Notes: generated by a model from the sequence alone, not told the origin. Counted from the stretch's first letter, positions 31,948-43,391 are shown. The stretch is 64,000 nt of DNA from an uncultured Phycisphaerales bacterium (GCA_963844715.1 CAWJPJ010000008.1:128001-192000), one strand, 5' to 3'. Numbers and translations: made by a program.

Positions 31948-32633
31948 GAATAATGGACCAGCTCAAGGTGTTTCTCCGCCCCGTCGAGCAGAAGCTGGTC
32001 CAGTTTAACTGCATTCTCGACCAAAAACGTGCCGATCCGCGTGCGCCGCAGTTCGGTCAGATACCCGCCGGTATTGAGCAGCATTCCCAGATCGCGGGCC
32101 AGGGCGCGAATATAGGTGCCTTTGCCGCAATCGATGCGTAATTTGAGATACGGCCAGTTCCAATCGACGATTTCGATGCGATCGACCCGCACGGTGTTCG
32201 ACTTGAGCGAGACAGTTTGTCCGTCGCGCACCAGGTCGCAAGCGCGGCGGCCGCGGATTTTCTTGGCGCTAAAATCCGGCGGCCTCTGTTGGATGACTCC
32301 GGTCAGTTGTCCGGCGGCATGACGGATTTGCACCATGCTCGGCGGAATCGCGCCCGCCTCGGGGCGCTCGGGCGACTCAATGTCGTCCGTCGCCGTCGTA
32401 GCCCCCAATTTAGTTACTGCGTCGTACGACTTATGCTGATCCATGACGATTTGACTGGCTTTAGTGGCTTTGCCGACCAGCAAAAGGAGTACTCCGGTGG
32501 CAAACGGGTCAAGAGACCCGGCATGTCCAATCCGCGTGCCGCGCGGCAGAACCCGCTTCACGCGGTTGATCGCCGCCGCCGAGGAAATCCCGGCGGGTTT
32601 GTCCAGATTGATGACGCCGTCCAAATTACGCAT
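31944..32633 (-). CDS. truB: tRNA pseudouridine(55) synthase
   Basis: LDKPAGISS, GHAGSLDPFATG, CGKGTYIRALARDLG. Confidence 0.95.
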   Translation of the reverse strand: MRNLDGVINLDKPAGISSAAAINRVKRVLPRGTRIGHAGSLDPFATGVLLLLVGKATKASQIVMDQHKSYDAVTKLGATTATDDIESPERPEAGAIPPSMVQIRHAAGQLTGVIQQRPPDFSAKKIRGRRACDLVRDGQTVSLKSNTVRVDRIEIVDWNWPYLKLRIDCGKGTYIRALARDLGMLLNTGGYLTELRRTRIGTFLVENAVKLDQLLLDGAEKHLELVHYS

Positions 32634-32727
32634 GGAACTATGATAATTGACCGCAATATCCCCGGATTCTAACCGTTGTCGAATAGGCTATGGGCGCACT
32701 ATAAAATTTAGTGAGGAAGCAACCATC

Positions 32728-33496
32728 ATGGTCTGGACCGAAGTACGCATCATAAGAGAACTTCGCGGGCTGCATCGAACGGGAAAAAAAATTTCATACA
32801 ACGCACTGGCAAAAACGCACCAGGCCCTGCTCTCGGCGGCGGCGTATCACTTCGGATCCTACCGCCGCGCCGTCCAACACGCAGGGGTCGATTACGCGTC
32901 GGTACTTCGCCGTCCTTGGTGGACGCGAAAAAAAATCATCGAGCTGATCAAAAAGGCGAAGCACAAGGGGGAGGATTTACACTGGTCCGCCGTCAGCCGG
33001 CGGGGGGATTTGCTCGGCAAAGGCGCCTTGGCGTCCCTTCAGCCGCGGCTCTTTGGCAAGTGGAGCCGGGCCCTGCACGCCGCCGGCCTGGACGCGGACG
33101 ACATCAGCCGCTATCAGCGCTGGGACCGCAACACCGTGGTCTTCGAGCTAAAGAGCCGGGCCCGCGATGCCGAGGCCATGAGCAGCGGGGCGATGCAAAA
33201 GCAGAGCGCCGCGCTCCATGCCGCTGCGGTGAGATATTTCGGCAGCTACGACGCCGCGCTGAAGGCTGCCCGCCTCGATCCAAAAGATTTCCGCCAGCGG
33301 CGAAAGTGGGATGCCCAGGCCGTCCTGAAGGAAATCCGCGCGACAAAAAGAGAGGGCGAACATCTGTCGGACACGCGCCGCTCGCCGAAAAAATCCCGCT
33401 CTATACGGCGCCGCGATCCGCTGGTTCGGCAGCTTCAAAGCCGCCCGCGTCAAAGCCGGCGTAAAATTCGTCCGCGGCAAACGAGCAAAACGGTAG
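32728..33496 (+). CDS. Basic protein of four W...FGSW/Y..AL..AG repeats (homing-endonuclease-associated-repeat-like); frameshift near 33378
   Basis: Repeats HFGSYRRAVQHAG, LFGKWSRALHAAG, YFGSYDAALKAAR, WFGSFKAARVKAG; SD-like GAGG upstream. Confidence 0.75.
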
Positions 33497-33515
33497 TGCT
33501 CCGCGTTCCCCTCTG

Positions 33516-33565
33516 TCTCCCTCTCCCTGTCCTCCGCTGGTTTCCGCAGGATGGGTGAGGGTTCT
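33516..33565. repeat. Degenerate REP-like element
   Basis: ccctctccctgtcctccgctggtttccgcaggatgggtgagggtt shares its core with 59951-60066. Confidence 0.6.
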
Positions 33566-33575
33566 TCGCGTCCCC

Positions 33576-34574
33576 TTAATTACCCGCGTACCCCTTTGGG
33601 TGCTTACTAAACCAATTCCAAGCCGAGCGAATGATCGACTCCGGGTCGTTGTGCTTCGCTTCCCACCCCAAAAGCTTTTTCGCGCGCGAAGGATCGGCAT
33701 ACAGCGCAATCGCATCCCCAGCCCGGCGAGGCCCGTAAACCACCGGAACTTTCTTCCCCGTCACCTTCTCCGCCGCCGCGATAATCTGCTTCACGGAAAA
33801 CCCGTTCCCCGTACCGAGATTGCAATAAATGGGGCTGGCCTGCGAGAGCTTTTGCATGGCCAGGATATGGGCGTCCGCCAGATCGTCCACATGAATGTAG
33901 TCTCGAATGTTGGTCCCGTCCGGCGTCGGATAATCGGTCCCAAAAACCGTGAGCTGCGGCTTGAGCCCCAGGATCGCCTGCAAAATCACCGGGATCAAAT
34001 GCGTTTCCGGCTCATGATCTTCCCCCAGCGACCCGTCCATCGCCGCGCCGCTGGCGTTGAAATACCGCAGCGCCGCGAATTTGAATTTCTTGTCCGCCAC
34101 CGACTGATCCTGAAGAATCTGCTCGACCATCAATTTGCTCCGCCCGTAAGGCGAGACCGGGGCTTTCTTTTCGTCCTCAGTGATGGGGATTTTGTCCGGA
34201 TCCCCGTACGTAGCGCAGGTGCTCGAAAAGACGAAATTTGAAACGCCGGTTTCTTGCATGGCCTGCAAAACGCTGACGGTCGTAGCTACGTTGTTGTGAT
34301 AGTAAAGCAGAGGCTTCTCGACGCTCTCCCCCACATAGGCATACGCCGCAAAGTGCATGATCGTGTCGATCTTGTGCTGCTTGAGAGCCGCCGTGAGCGC
34401 GTGGCGGTCATTCAAGTCCGCGAAGATCGCCGGGACTTTGACGATCTCGGCGACTTCGCGATGACCGCGCGAGAGATTGTCATAAATAACCGGATTATGC
34501 CCGGCTTCCTTGAGGCGCTTGACCGTATGAGACCCAATATAACCGGCGCCGCCGGCGACAAGGACGTTCATCAC
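33576..34574 (-). CDS. galE: UDP-glucose 4-epimerase
   Basis: GGAGYIGSH, FSSTCATYG, YGRSK, LRYFNASGA, RDYIHVDDLA. Confidence 0.95.
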   Translation of the reverse strand: MMNVLVAGGAGYIGSHTVKRLKEAGHNPVIYDNLSRGHREVAEIVKVPAIFADLNDRHALTAALKQHKIDTIMHFAAYAYVGESVEKPLLYYHNNVATTVSVLQAMQETGVSNFVFSSTCATYGDPDKIPITEDEKKAPVSPYGRSKLMVEQILQDQSVADKKFKFAALRYFNASGAAMDGSLGEDHEPETHLIPVILQAILGLKPQLTVFGTDYPTPDGTNIRDYIHVDDLADAHILAMQKLSQASPIYCNLGTGNGFSVKQIIAAAEKVTGKKVPVVYGPRRAGDAIALYADPSRAKKLLGWEAKHNDPESIIRSAWNWFSKHPKGYAGN

Positions 34575-34650
34575 TCTTTCTCCTTAGAGGGCGAGTATAT
34601 GGCGGACAGGCGGTTGTGGGGAGGGAGGAAGAGTATAATGGCCTACCGCC

Positions 34651-35139
34651 ATGGAAGATCGCCCGCCGGGGAGCGAAACAAAACCACTGGTGCCGCTCTC
34701 CTACGCGACTCCGAAAGAAGATCTCCCGGCGGCAGCGGAAGCATTTACTCTCATGGCGTTCTTTGCGGTGGCGGCGCTCGCCGTCGTGTTTACGGTCACA
34801 GCTCTCTTCCTGGTCCGTTTCTCTTTCAGCCTCGATTCAATCTTCACGGTGCTGATTCCAGGCCTTTTGGAGGTGTCGATTGGCAGCGGTGTCCTTTTTC
34901 TTGCCTGCTGGTGGCGATGGCGCTGTAAAGGTAGCCGACTGAGGCGGCGCGCGGCGTGGCCATTCGCGGTGATTTTCGTCATCGTTATTTATGCGAGTTT
35001 CTTCCGATTAGGCTACTTTATCCTCTTCGGGCTATTCACCAATCGGGAATTGGCGGCGATGATTTTTGTTTGGCCATGCATTTTTGGGTTACTCAGCCCG
35101 TACTTCCTTTTGACTCGAACCGACCGGTTGAATAGTTGA
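34651..35139 (+). CDS. Hypothetical 4-TM membrane protein
   Basis: Four hydrophobic segments, N-terminal PLSYATP motif, TATAAT upstream. Confidence 0.6.
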   Translation: MEDRPPGSETKPLVPLSYATPKEDLPAAAEAFTLMAFFAVAALAVVFTVTALFLVRFSFSLDSIFTVLIPGLLEVSIGSGVLFLACWWRWRCKGSRLRRRAAWPFAVIFVIVIYASFFRLGYFILFGLFTNRELAAMIFVWPCIFGLLSPYFLLTRTDRLNS

Positions 35140-35228
35140 CGCGCCCTCCCCGCGTTATTTGCTTGCGGGGGGTGCGGTGGTTATCTTTCGCGTCGGCTGC
35201 CATTCAAGGACCGGATGGAGACTCACGC

Positions 35229-36284
35229 GTGATTTTCGACTCGCTTTTGGGAATGTTCAGTGTCGATATGGGCATCGACCTGGGCACCTGCAATACCTTG
35301 GTGTGTGTAAAAGGCCAGGGAATTGTTCTGAACGAACCGAGCGTGGTGGCCGTCAAGAAGGGGACCAGCCGGGTTTTGCAGAACGGCAACGCCGTCGGGC
35401 TGGTTGCCAAGGAAATGCTGGGGAAAACGCCGGGATCGATCACCGCGATTCGGCCGCTCAAAGACGGGGTCATCAGCGATTTTGAAATCACCCAGGCGAT
35501 GCTCTCCTATTTCATCCGCCGCGTGCACGGGCGAAAGCATTTCATCGGCCCGCGCGTGGTCATCGCGATTCCCTCCGGCATCACCGCCGTCGAGCGCCGC
35601 GCCGTCTATGACAGCGCCGAGCGCGCCGGCGCCCGCCGCGTATATCTCGTCGAAGAACCCATGGCCGCCGCAATCGGCGCCGGCCTTCCCGTCATCGAGC
35701 CGACGGCCAGCATGATCGTCGACATCGGCGGCGGCACCACCGAAGTCGCCATCATCTCCCTGGCCGACATCACCGTCTGCGAATCGGTCCGCGTCGCCGG
35801 CGACGACTTCGACGAGGCGATCGTCAATCACATGAAGCGAACCTACAACATGGCGATAGGCGAGCAGACCGCCGAGCGAATCAAAATCGAAATCGGCTCC
35901 GCCGGCCCGCAGGGAGATCACGAGCCGACCATGGAAGTGCGCGGCAGAGACATGATCAGCGGCTTGCCGAGAAAAACCACCGTCACCAGCGAAGAAATCC
36001 GCGAAGCGCTCCAGGAACCCGTCACCCAGATCATTCAGGCGGTCACCCGCACGCTCGAACTGGCCGAGCCGGAACTGGCGGCAGATCTCGTCGAAAACGG
36101 CATCACCATGGCCGGAGGCTCCTCGCTCCTGCGCGGCCTGCCCAGCGTCATCGGCAACGCCACCGGCCTCGATGTTCGATTGGCCGAAGACCCCCTCACC
36201 TGCGTCGCTCGCGGAACCAGCGTCTATCTGGAAAACCTCGAGGTGTGGAAAGACACCATGGAATCAGACGCCGACGAACGCTGA
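35229..36284 (+). CDS. mreB: Rod shape-determining actin homolog
   Basis: GIDLGTCNT, EEPMAAAIGAG, VDIGGGTTE, AGGSSLL; GTG start after GGAG. Confidence 0.97.
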   Translation: MIFDSLLGMFSVDMGIDLGTCNTLVCVKGQGIVLNEPSVVAVKKGTSRVLQNGNAVGLVAKEMLGKTPGSITAIRPLKDGVISDFEITQAMLSYFIRRVHGRKHFIGPRVVIAIPSGITAVERRAVYDSAERAGARRVYLVEEPMAAAIGAGLPVIEPTASMIVDIGGGTTEVAIISLADITVCESVRVAGDDFDEAIVNHMKRTYNMAIGEQTAERIKIEIGSAGPQGDHEPTMEVRGRDMISGLPRKTTVTSEEIREALQEPVTQIIQAVTRTLELAEPELAADLVENGITMAGGSSLLRGLPSVIGNATGLDVRLAEDPLTCVARGTSVYLENLEVWKDTMESDADER

Positions 36285-36300
36285 TCGCGGAGACGGGATT

Positions 36301-36405
36301 TCCCCCTCTCCATGTACTCAGGGAGAGGGCTGGGGTGAGGGTTCTTTCGCGTCGGTCGGAAATGCCCCTCACCCTAATCCTCTCCCCGATTACAGGGAGA
36401 GGGGA
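36301..36405. repeat. REP-like palindromic element (CCCTCTCC...GGGAGAGGG family)
   Basis: Terminal inverted repeats plus internal ggggtgaggg/cccctcaccc; related copies at 47487 and 59951. Confidence 0.85.
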
Positions 36406-36455
36406 CAAATGCGGCTCTGCAGGTCCGGGTGATGTGCCGGTCGAACTGAGCTTTC

Positions 36456-37304
36456 GTGTTCAATTTGCGATTCAATCAAGTTTTTCTCGCTTTGATGGGG
36501 TTGAGCTTTCTTTGCGCATTTGCCGCCCCCACGAGATTTTCGGAAATTCGCCGGGTCCCGCTAGACGCCCTCCTGGTTCCCATCTCAAGCCCCAGCTATC
36601 ACATCGCCACCTGGCTGCGTCGCAGGCTCGTCCGCACCGAGCCGGAAGATCAGCGTTCCCTCGACGCCATCCGCGAGGAGAATCTCGAACTGAAACAGGA
36701 AGTCAGCCGCCTGCAAATGGAAGTCGATCGGCTCGGCGCCCTGGCAAACGAGAGGCAAGCCCTGGGTGATCTAAAAAGCCTGTGCGATCGCTTCGCCGTC
36801 GCGGGAACCGATTCAGGAAATCGCGACGGCTTGACCCTCAGCGGAATTAACTCGCAAGTGCAAACGGATGACGCCGTGCTCTACGGCGGGGGCCTCGCCG
36901 GCCGCATCGACCGCGCCGGCGAAGGCGTCGCCCACGTCCGCCTCATCACCGACTCCGGCTTCGTCGTCAGCGGCGAATTCGTGCGCTTCGAAAAACAGCC
37001 CGACGGCACCCTCCAGGCCGTCAAAATTTCCCAGCTCCTTCCCATCATCCAGGGCGACGGCGGGGGGCAGATGCTCATCGCCAATCTCCCCCTTCAAGAT
37101 GTGAAGAATGCGCAGATTCAGCCCGACGATTGGGTTGTGCTCTCGGATAATCTTTGGCCGACGTCCATCCAAGGCATTCGCGTCGGCCGCGTTGCGTCGA
37201 TCCGCCGCGCGCAAAAGGCGGCGCTCTTTGCGGAAATCAGATTGGAACCGGAAGCCGGACTCATGCGCCTGGCCGACGTCTGGGTCATGACGCGCAAGCC
37301 TTAA
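36456..37304 (+). CDS. mreC: Rod shape-determining protein MreC
   Basis: TM, coiled coil (REENLELKQEV), GLAGRI..VRLITD; position after mreB. Confidence 0.85.
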   Translation: MFNLRFNQVFLALMGLSFLCAFAAPTRFSEIRRVPLDALLVPISSPSYHIATWLRRRLVRTEPEDQRSLDAIREENLELKQEVSRLQMEVDRLGALANERQALGDLKSLCDRFAVAGTDSGNRDGLTLSGINSQVQTDDAVLYGGGLAGRIDRAGEGVAHVRLITDSGFVVSGEFVRFEKQPDGTLQAVKISQLLPIIQGDGGGQMLIANLPLQDVKNAQIQPDDWVVLSDNLWPTSIQGIRVGRVASIRRAQKAALFAEIRLEPEAGLMRLADVWVMTRKP

Positions 37305-37307
37305 GCC

Positions 37308-37835
37308 ATGCGTTGGAGCACAATCGCCATCCTCGCCTACGTCACCCTCGGCTTGCAGACCGGTTTGTCCGTCGCGATGGACGTGGGAGGCGCGGGACCC
37401 AATTTCGTTCTCATCGCCGTGATATTCATCTGTCTCAATGCCCCGCGCGACACGGCGCTTCTGGCGGCGTTTCTTCTCGGCGCATTGCAGGACCTGACCA
37501 GTCAAGGAACAATGGGCCTCTATTCGTTCAGCTACGGCTTGGTCGGATTGATGGCGACCTCCGCCCGGCAAACCGTCTACCGCGAGCACGCCCTGACACA
37601 TTTTTCCCTCGTTCTGGCGGCGGGGATCTTGACGGCAATGGTCCTCGCGGTCCACGATCGTCTTCGCCCCCCGGGCGCGGGAATCCGCCCGTCGGCCTGC
37701 GCCGCTCTTTTATGCGGCGATCTATTCGGCGCTGGCGGCCGTAGTAGTCCTGGCGCTCTGCAGAGAATCAAAGGCGTCTTCCGCTTTCAGTCCTCGCAGC
37801 GAGGGAAAATGCCCAGGGTCCTGGGCCGCCGCTGA
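37308..37835 (+). CDS. mreD: Rod shape-determining protein MreD (possible 3' indels)
   Basis: Polytopic membrane protein with PNFVLI and GALQDL; position after mreC. Confidence 0.82.
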   Translation: MRWSTIAILAYVTLGLQTGLSVAMDVGGAGPNFVLIAVIFICLNAPRDTALLAAFLLGALQDLTSQGTMGLYSFSYGLVGLMATSARQTVYREHALTHFSLVLAAGILTAMVLAVHDRLRPPGAGIRPSACAALLCGDLFGAGGRSSPGALQRIKGVFRFQSSQRGKMPRVLGRR

Positions 37836-37859
37836 TCGAAATGTTCCCAAGGATGGGTC

Positions 37860-40147
37860 ATGTTTCAACGCCGCCTGAAAGTCCTCCTCTTTTTCATGTT
37901 GCTGATCGGGCGCGCTCCTGACGCTCCGGGCGGCGCAAATTCAATGGCTCCAGCGCAATTACTGGCGGGCCGAAGCCTCCGATCTGATGAAGCGCTGGGA
38001 GCCGGTCGAAACCACCCGCGGCTCAATCCTCGACCGCAAGGGCCGCGTCCTGGCCTTCGACGCCCCGTGCATCGACGCCTGCGTCGATTATCGCGCCATC
38101 GTCGAGGACCCGGATGAGGATTGGCTGCGCAAAAAAGCCCAGGAACGCCTCGAGGAGCAGCTAGGGGATCAGTACAAGGACGTTCGCCGTTCCGATCGCT
38201 GGCCCGCCATGCTCGACAGCGAAACCGCCAAAGCCCACGACGATCTCAACGCCATGTGGGCCGAACTGGCCGAAGTCTCCGGCAACTCGTCCGATGAAAT
38301 CGACGACCTCCGCCGTTCGATCGTCGAGCGCGTCGAAATGCGCCGCCGTTATCTCTGGTGGCGCAACTTCGAACAGGCCTCCAAAAAAACCGCCCAGGGA
38401 AAATCCCCCGCCTGGTACCGCGATTTTCTCTCGGACACCGGCAGCGACGAATCGATCGATCAATTTGAGCTGGACATCGCCGAGCAAACCGAGCCGCACG
38501 TCATCCTTCCCGCCGTCGATCCCCAAACCCAGGCGATTCTCGCCCGTCAGGAGGATCGCTTCTTCGCCCTCTCCCTCCTCCCAAGCAAACACCGCGAATA
38601 TCCTTACGGCCGATCGGCGTGCCATCTCATGGGCCACCTCGCCCAAGTCACTGCCGATCAAGTCGGAGCGAACGACCCGTTCGGCGACGACGAGCTTCGC
38701 CGATATTGGCCGAATGACCTGGTCGGAACCGGCGGCATCGAAGGCCTCTGCGAAAAAACCCTCCGCGGGCGCGCGGCCGAGTCGAAAAAATCGCCGGCAC
38801 CGACGAAACCCTCGCCAGCGTCGATCCCATCCCCGGTCAGGATGTGAAGATGACCATCGATATCGACCTCCAGCAGGATATCGAAGCGGCGTTCGCCAAA
38901 CGCCGCCAAATCGAAGGCGATACACGCTACGACCAGCACGGCGCCGCCGTCGTTCTGGAGGTGGCGACCGATGAAGTCCTGGCGATGGCCTCGAACCCCG
39001 GATTCGACCCCAACATGCTCGATCTGGAATATCCGATGCTCGCCCGCGACGATTTAAACTTGCCCCTGCTCAATCTGCGCCACCCAAATGGCAATGGAGC
39101 CGGGATCCACGGTGAAAACCATCGTGGGATGCGGCTCGATCACCCACGGCTTCATGACCCCGACGAGCACCGTCGAATGCACCGGATACCTCGTTTTGCG
39201 AGGCGTGAAATATCACGTCGGCCGATGCTGGGTCGCCGGGCTGTATGAGGCGGGCAAAATTCCGTCGCCCATGCATCACCCAGTCCCGATTCCGCACCCG
39301 ACGGGTTTCCTGACGATCTCCGACGGCCTGGAGCGAAGTTGCAACGTCGTTTTTGAAACCATCGCCGACATGATGGGCATGCGCGAGCTGAGTTATTGGT
39401 TCGATCAGTTTGGATTGGGCCGTCCCACGGGAATCGGGATCGACGAAAGCTCCGGCATGATTCCCGATCCCGTGGACGCGTCCGTCCATTCACCGTTGAG
39501 AATGTGGACATGGTTCGCCGGCATCGGCCAGGGCCGCGTGCACGCCACTCCGCTGCAAATGGCGCAGGTCGCCGCCACCATCGCCCGCAACGGTATCTGG
39601 ATGCGGCCAAGACTCGTTGCCGATGAGGACGTCGCTCCCGCCGCCACCCGCCCCGTGGAAATGGGACCCGAGGAAGTCGATTTGCATCTCGCCCCCCAGG
39701 CCGTCGCCGCCGTTCGCGAAGGGATGCGCCGCGTGGTCAACAGCGACGCCGGCACCGGAACCCAGATCCGCCCCGACTTGCAAAACCCCCCCGACCCCAA
39801 TGATCCACTTCTAGGAATTGAAATCGCCGGCAAGACCGGATCGGCGCAAACCCAACTCATGACCATCCCCGTGCGCGACGCCAACGGCGACATCATCAAA
39901 ATCAACGGACGCGTCGAGCGCAGTCCCGGTCGAACTGGGAACGCCGGGAACCGAGGGTTGGTACCAAGGCTCCGGTGCCGCAAAACACATGGATCACGCC
40001 TGGTTTATTGGCTATGCTCCCGCCTCGCACCCGCAAGTCGCCTTTTGCGTTTTCGTCGAATACGGCGAAGCCGGCGGTCCCGTCGCGGGCGTAATCGCCC
40101 ATGACGTGCTTGAAGCATGTGTCCGGCGCGGCTACCTTTCGAAGTGA
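37860..40147 (+). CDS. mrdA: Class B penicillin-binding protein PBP2; several frameshifts
   Basis: RGSILDRKG, REYPYG, SxxK (GSTVK), SxN (SCN), KTG, and the shifted-frame DHAWFIGYAP. Confidence 0.9.
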
Positions 40148-40154
40148 GGAGACC

Positions 40155-40992
40155 TTGACCCAGCCGCCCACCAAGTCCAAATCGCCGTCTTCTTCGCTAC
40201 CGTATGCGACGGGAACGTATAAGCCGACCGAGGCGTCCGCCGCCTCCACCGCGCCCCGGCGCCGCCCCGTCCGATCACCCGCGCCGTGAAACTGCGAAGC
40301 TGGTGGGAGCCTTCCGTCCGGTTCTGGTGGCTGGCGACTCTGGCGCAGTTGTTCATCGGAATCTGGTTCCTTTCCGACCAGATCACCACCTACGTTCACG
40401 AAAGGGAATTGATCCGGAACGGAGTTCCCGTCACGGCGACCATCGTTTCCGCCGGAGACGAGCACGACTCCCGCGCCAGCCGGATTTTCCCGCCCGATGC
40501 CCCCTGCGATATCACGTTTAATTTCAACGGGCAGGCCATCTCCCTCTCGGGGGTGACGCTGACCGTCGTCAACGACACCGATTTCATTCATCCCGGCCAG
40601 ACGATTTCGCTGCGCGTCGATCCATCCGACCCATCCGTCTGGACCGACCGCACGCAGCCGGAATTGCTGGCGCGCCGTCTGGTTGCCGGTTCGCTCATGC
40701 TGCCCACAACCCTGGCGACTCTCATCGCTTCATTGCTGCTCCAGCGGCGGGTGATTCGCACCTGGCGCGACTCCGGCGCGCTGGAATACGCGGTGGTCAG
40801 CACCACACGTTCCGCGCTGCGCCCCTGTCGCACCTGGTGCGTTGCGAGCCGATCTCCGTCGGGGCGGATCGGCGACTGGTCACCGTTTACCTGCCCGCGA
40901 GATTCGCCAAGCCGGCGCCGGGGGAGGTGCTATGGATTATGCATCCGCCGGGCAGGCCGCAGGCGTCGATCGCCGCGGCGGCTTACGAATGA
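40155..40992 (+). CDS. Two-TM hypothetical protein (DUF3592-like) between mrdA and rodA; frameshifts
   Basis: GAGGAG then TTG start; TM, LIRNGVPVTATIV, PGQTISLRVDPSDP, second TM; stop overlaps the rodA ATG. Confidence 0.6.
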
Positions 40993-42166
40993 ACCGGGTT
41001 TGGCAACAGCTCGCCATCGCCACGAACTGGCCGGTTCTGGCGGCGGTCGCACTCCTGCTCGCCCTGGGCGTGCTGAGCGTCTGGTCCAGTTCCCCGGCCG
41101 ACGGCGCCAAGCAGGTTTTTTTCGTCCTCGTCGCCATCGCCTTAATGGGCGCCGTGCAGGCGATCAATTACGTCAACCTGGGCCGCTGGGCCTGGGGCCT
41201 CTATATCCTCAGCCTGGCGCTGATTATCTACACGCTGCTGGGCGCCGCCGCCGAAAAGCATCATCACCCCCTCCCCGGCGTGCACGCGATCAATCATGTC
41301 CATTGCTGGATCACCTTCGCCGGCTTCAGCTTTGAGCCGTCGGAGCTGATGAAGATTTCCTATGTCATGGTGCTGGCGCGGTATCTGAGGTTTCGCAACA
41401 ACTATCGCACGCTCCCAGGCCTTTTGCCGCCTCTGGTGCTCACGATCTTGCCGATGGCACTGATCCTGAAGCAGCCCGCCCTGGGCGTCGCGACCCTTTT
41501 CGTCCCGACCCTCATGGCCATGCTCTTCGTCGCCGGCGCAAGATCAGCCACCTGGCCGTCGTCGTCGGAATCGGCGCGGCGCTGGCCCCGATTTTTTGGT
41601 TGTCGGGCGAACCGAACGTCCCGGTGCTGAAATATTTGCCGACTTTTGTGCACGAATATCAGCGCGGTTACGTGCGAGGTTTATTCGGGGACGACCCCAA
41701 GACCCTCCGCGAATCGGGATTCCAACAGCAGCGCGCCCTCGTCGCCAGCGGGTCCGGCGGACTGACCGGCAAAGGGGCGGGGGTCATTCCCGTCGGTCAA
41801 GGCGTCCCCGAAGCGCGCAACGACATGATCTTCGCCATCATCGGCGAGCAGTTCGGCCTCATCGGCTCAATCACCGTCGTGGCCGCATACATCGTCCTCT
41901 TCGTCGCGGGCATCGAAATCGCCGCCGCGACCCGCGAGCCGTTCGGAAGATTGGTCGCGGTAGGCATCGTCACGTTCCTGGCCGCGCAGGCGTTTTTGAA
42001 TCTAATGGTGGTCATGCGCCTCTTCCCCGTGACCGGCGTAACTCTGCCTTTCGTCAGCTCCGGAGGAAGCAGCCTCGTGGCCAGTTGCATCGCCGCCGGA
42101 TTGCTGCTCAACATCGGACAATACCGCCCGCTGGTCATCGCGCGGGATAGTTTTGAATTCGATTGA
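40989..42166 (+). CDS. rodA: SEDS peptidoglycan polymerase RodA; frameshift near 41540
   Basis: FEPSELMK, LKQPALG, PEARNDMIFAIIGEQFG, PVTGVTLPFVSSGGSS. Confidence 0.92.
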
Positions 42167-43352
42167 TTACTTGGATTTGGCGCCGCCGGTCGGATTCGTC
42201 GGCGTGGGGAACGCCGGCGTCGGCATCTCCGGATGCACTTGCTGCGGATTCTGAAGCGGATTGCTGATCGGCCCCGGCGTCACGTAACTGTTATCCAGGC
42301 TCAAATTGAGCGTATCGGGAAGATCATTGGGGATCGACTGCATAACCGTGCCGCCCGTGCCGAAGTAAATCGTTCCAAAGGAGGCTCCGCCGCCCGCGGG
42401 ATAGAAGCTCACATGCGGATCGCCGGGATACAGCATGGGCAGATCCAGCACGAATTCCCCCGTGCCCCCGCCGACCATCGTTGTTTGGCTCGGCACGACG
42501 TTGGCCTGCCCGCTGGTTGAGCCGATCGCGGTGACGAAGGTCGACAGAATCGCCTGCGGGTGCGAACCCAGGGCATAGATCCCCTTGATCTGATACCAAT
42601 TCCCCGGCTGGAATGTCGAGGCGGTTCCCCGAACCTCGCGAACAATAATCTCATCTCCCGGGAGAAAGTTGCTCGCCCCGTTAGTGAACTGAACCAGGTT
42701 CGGGAAACTCGTCGTCGGCGGGCCCGCCGGGGAAGCCGAGGGCGCGGAACTCGGGAACGATTCAAAACTGAAGTTCGTATCGGCGGTACTGACCCCCAAT
42801 GCCACAGATTTGTCCGGCGGCCCGGAACTTGCGCTCACCGACGACGAGTCCCCGTCCGTGTCGGCATCGGCGCTCACCTGAAGCAGCGATCCCGTCGTTC
42901 CAAAAAATAATTGCCCGAATCCGACATTCCCCGAGGCGGTGGTAAAGCTGATAAATGGGTATCCGACAGCCTTGAATGGGAACGTCAAATCGAACTTCCC
43001 GATTCCCTTTTCGATGACCACGGATTGAGAAGGATCGGCGTCCGCGTCCGCGCCTCCCCGCCGCCCGCGAGTAGACCCCCGCGAACAGCCGCGCCACGTC
43101 ATGCGAGGAGAGGATGTAAGTTCCCTGCACTTCGTACGATTTTCCCGGCGAAACCGAATCCGCCGGCCCGCGCACGGAAGTCAGAATGATGGTATCCCCG
43201 GCCTCGAAATCAGATTTCCCGCGCTGAAATTGAATTTCCTGCTGCGAATCGGAAGGATGGGTCGCCGGGCCGTCGGCGGCAGAAAACGCGGGGATTGCCC
43301 ACCCGGTTAACCCCGCCACGACAAGAGCACTTAACCTCCGCATGGTAAACAT
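42167..43352 (-). CDS. Exported protein with two tandem beta-rich domains; frameshift near 43060
   Basis: Signal peptide; repeat F..G.S.F..GD.I....VRG......PG..Y...G.Y.L.SH occurs twice. Confidence 0.7.
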
Positions 43353-43391
43353 AACGCGTCTTTCGCTGAACCAAACCGCAGGCCCATGCCT

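Noticed and set aside
32728..33496. Homing endonuclease or mobile element
   Set aside because: No HNH, GIY-YIG or LAGLIDADG motif and no intron/intein or terminal-repeat context
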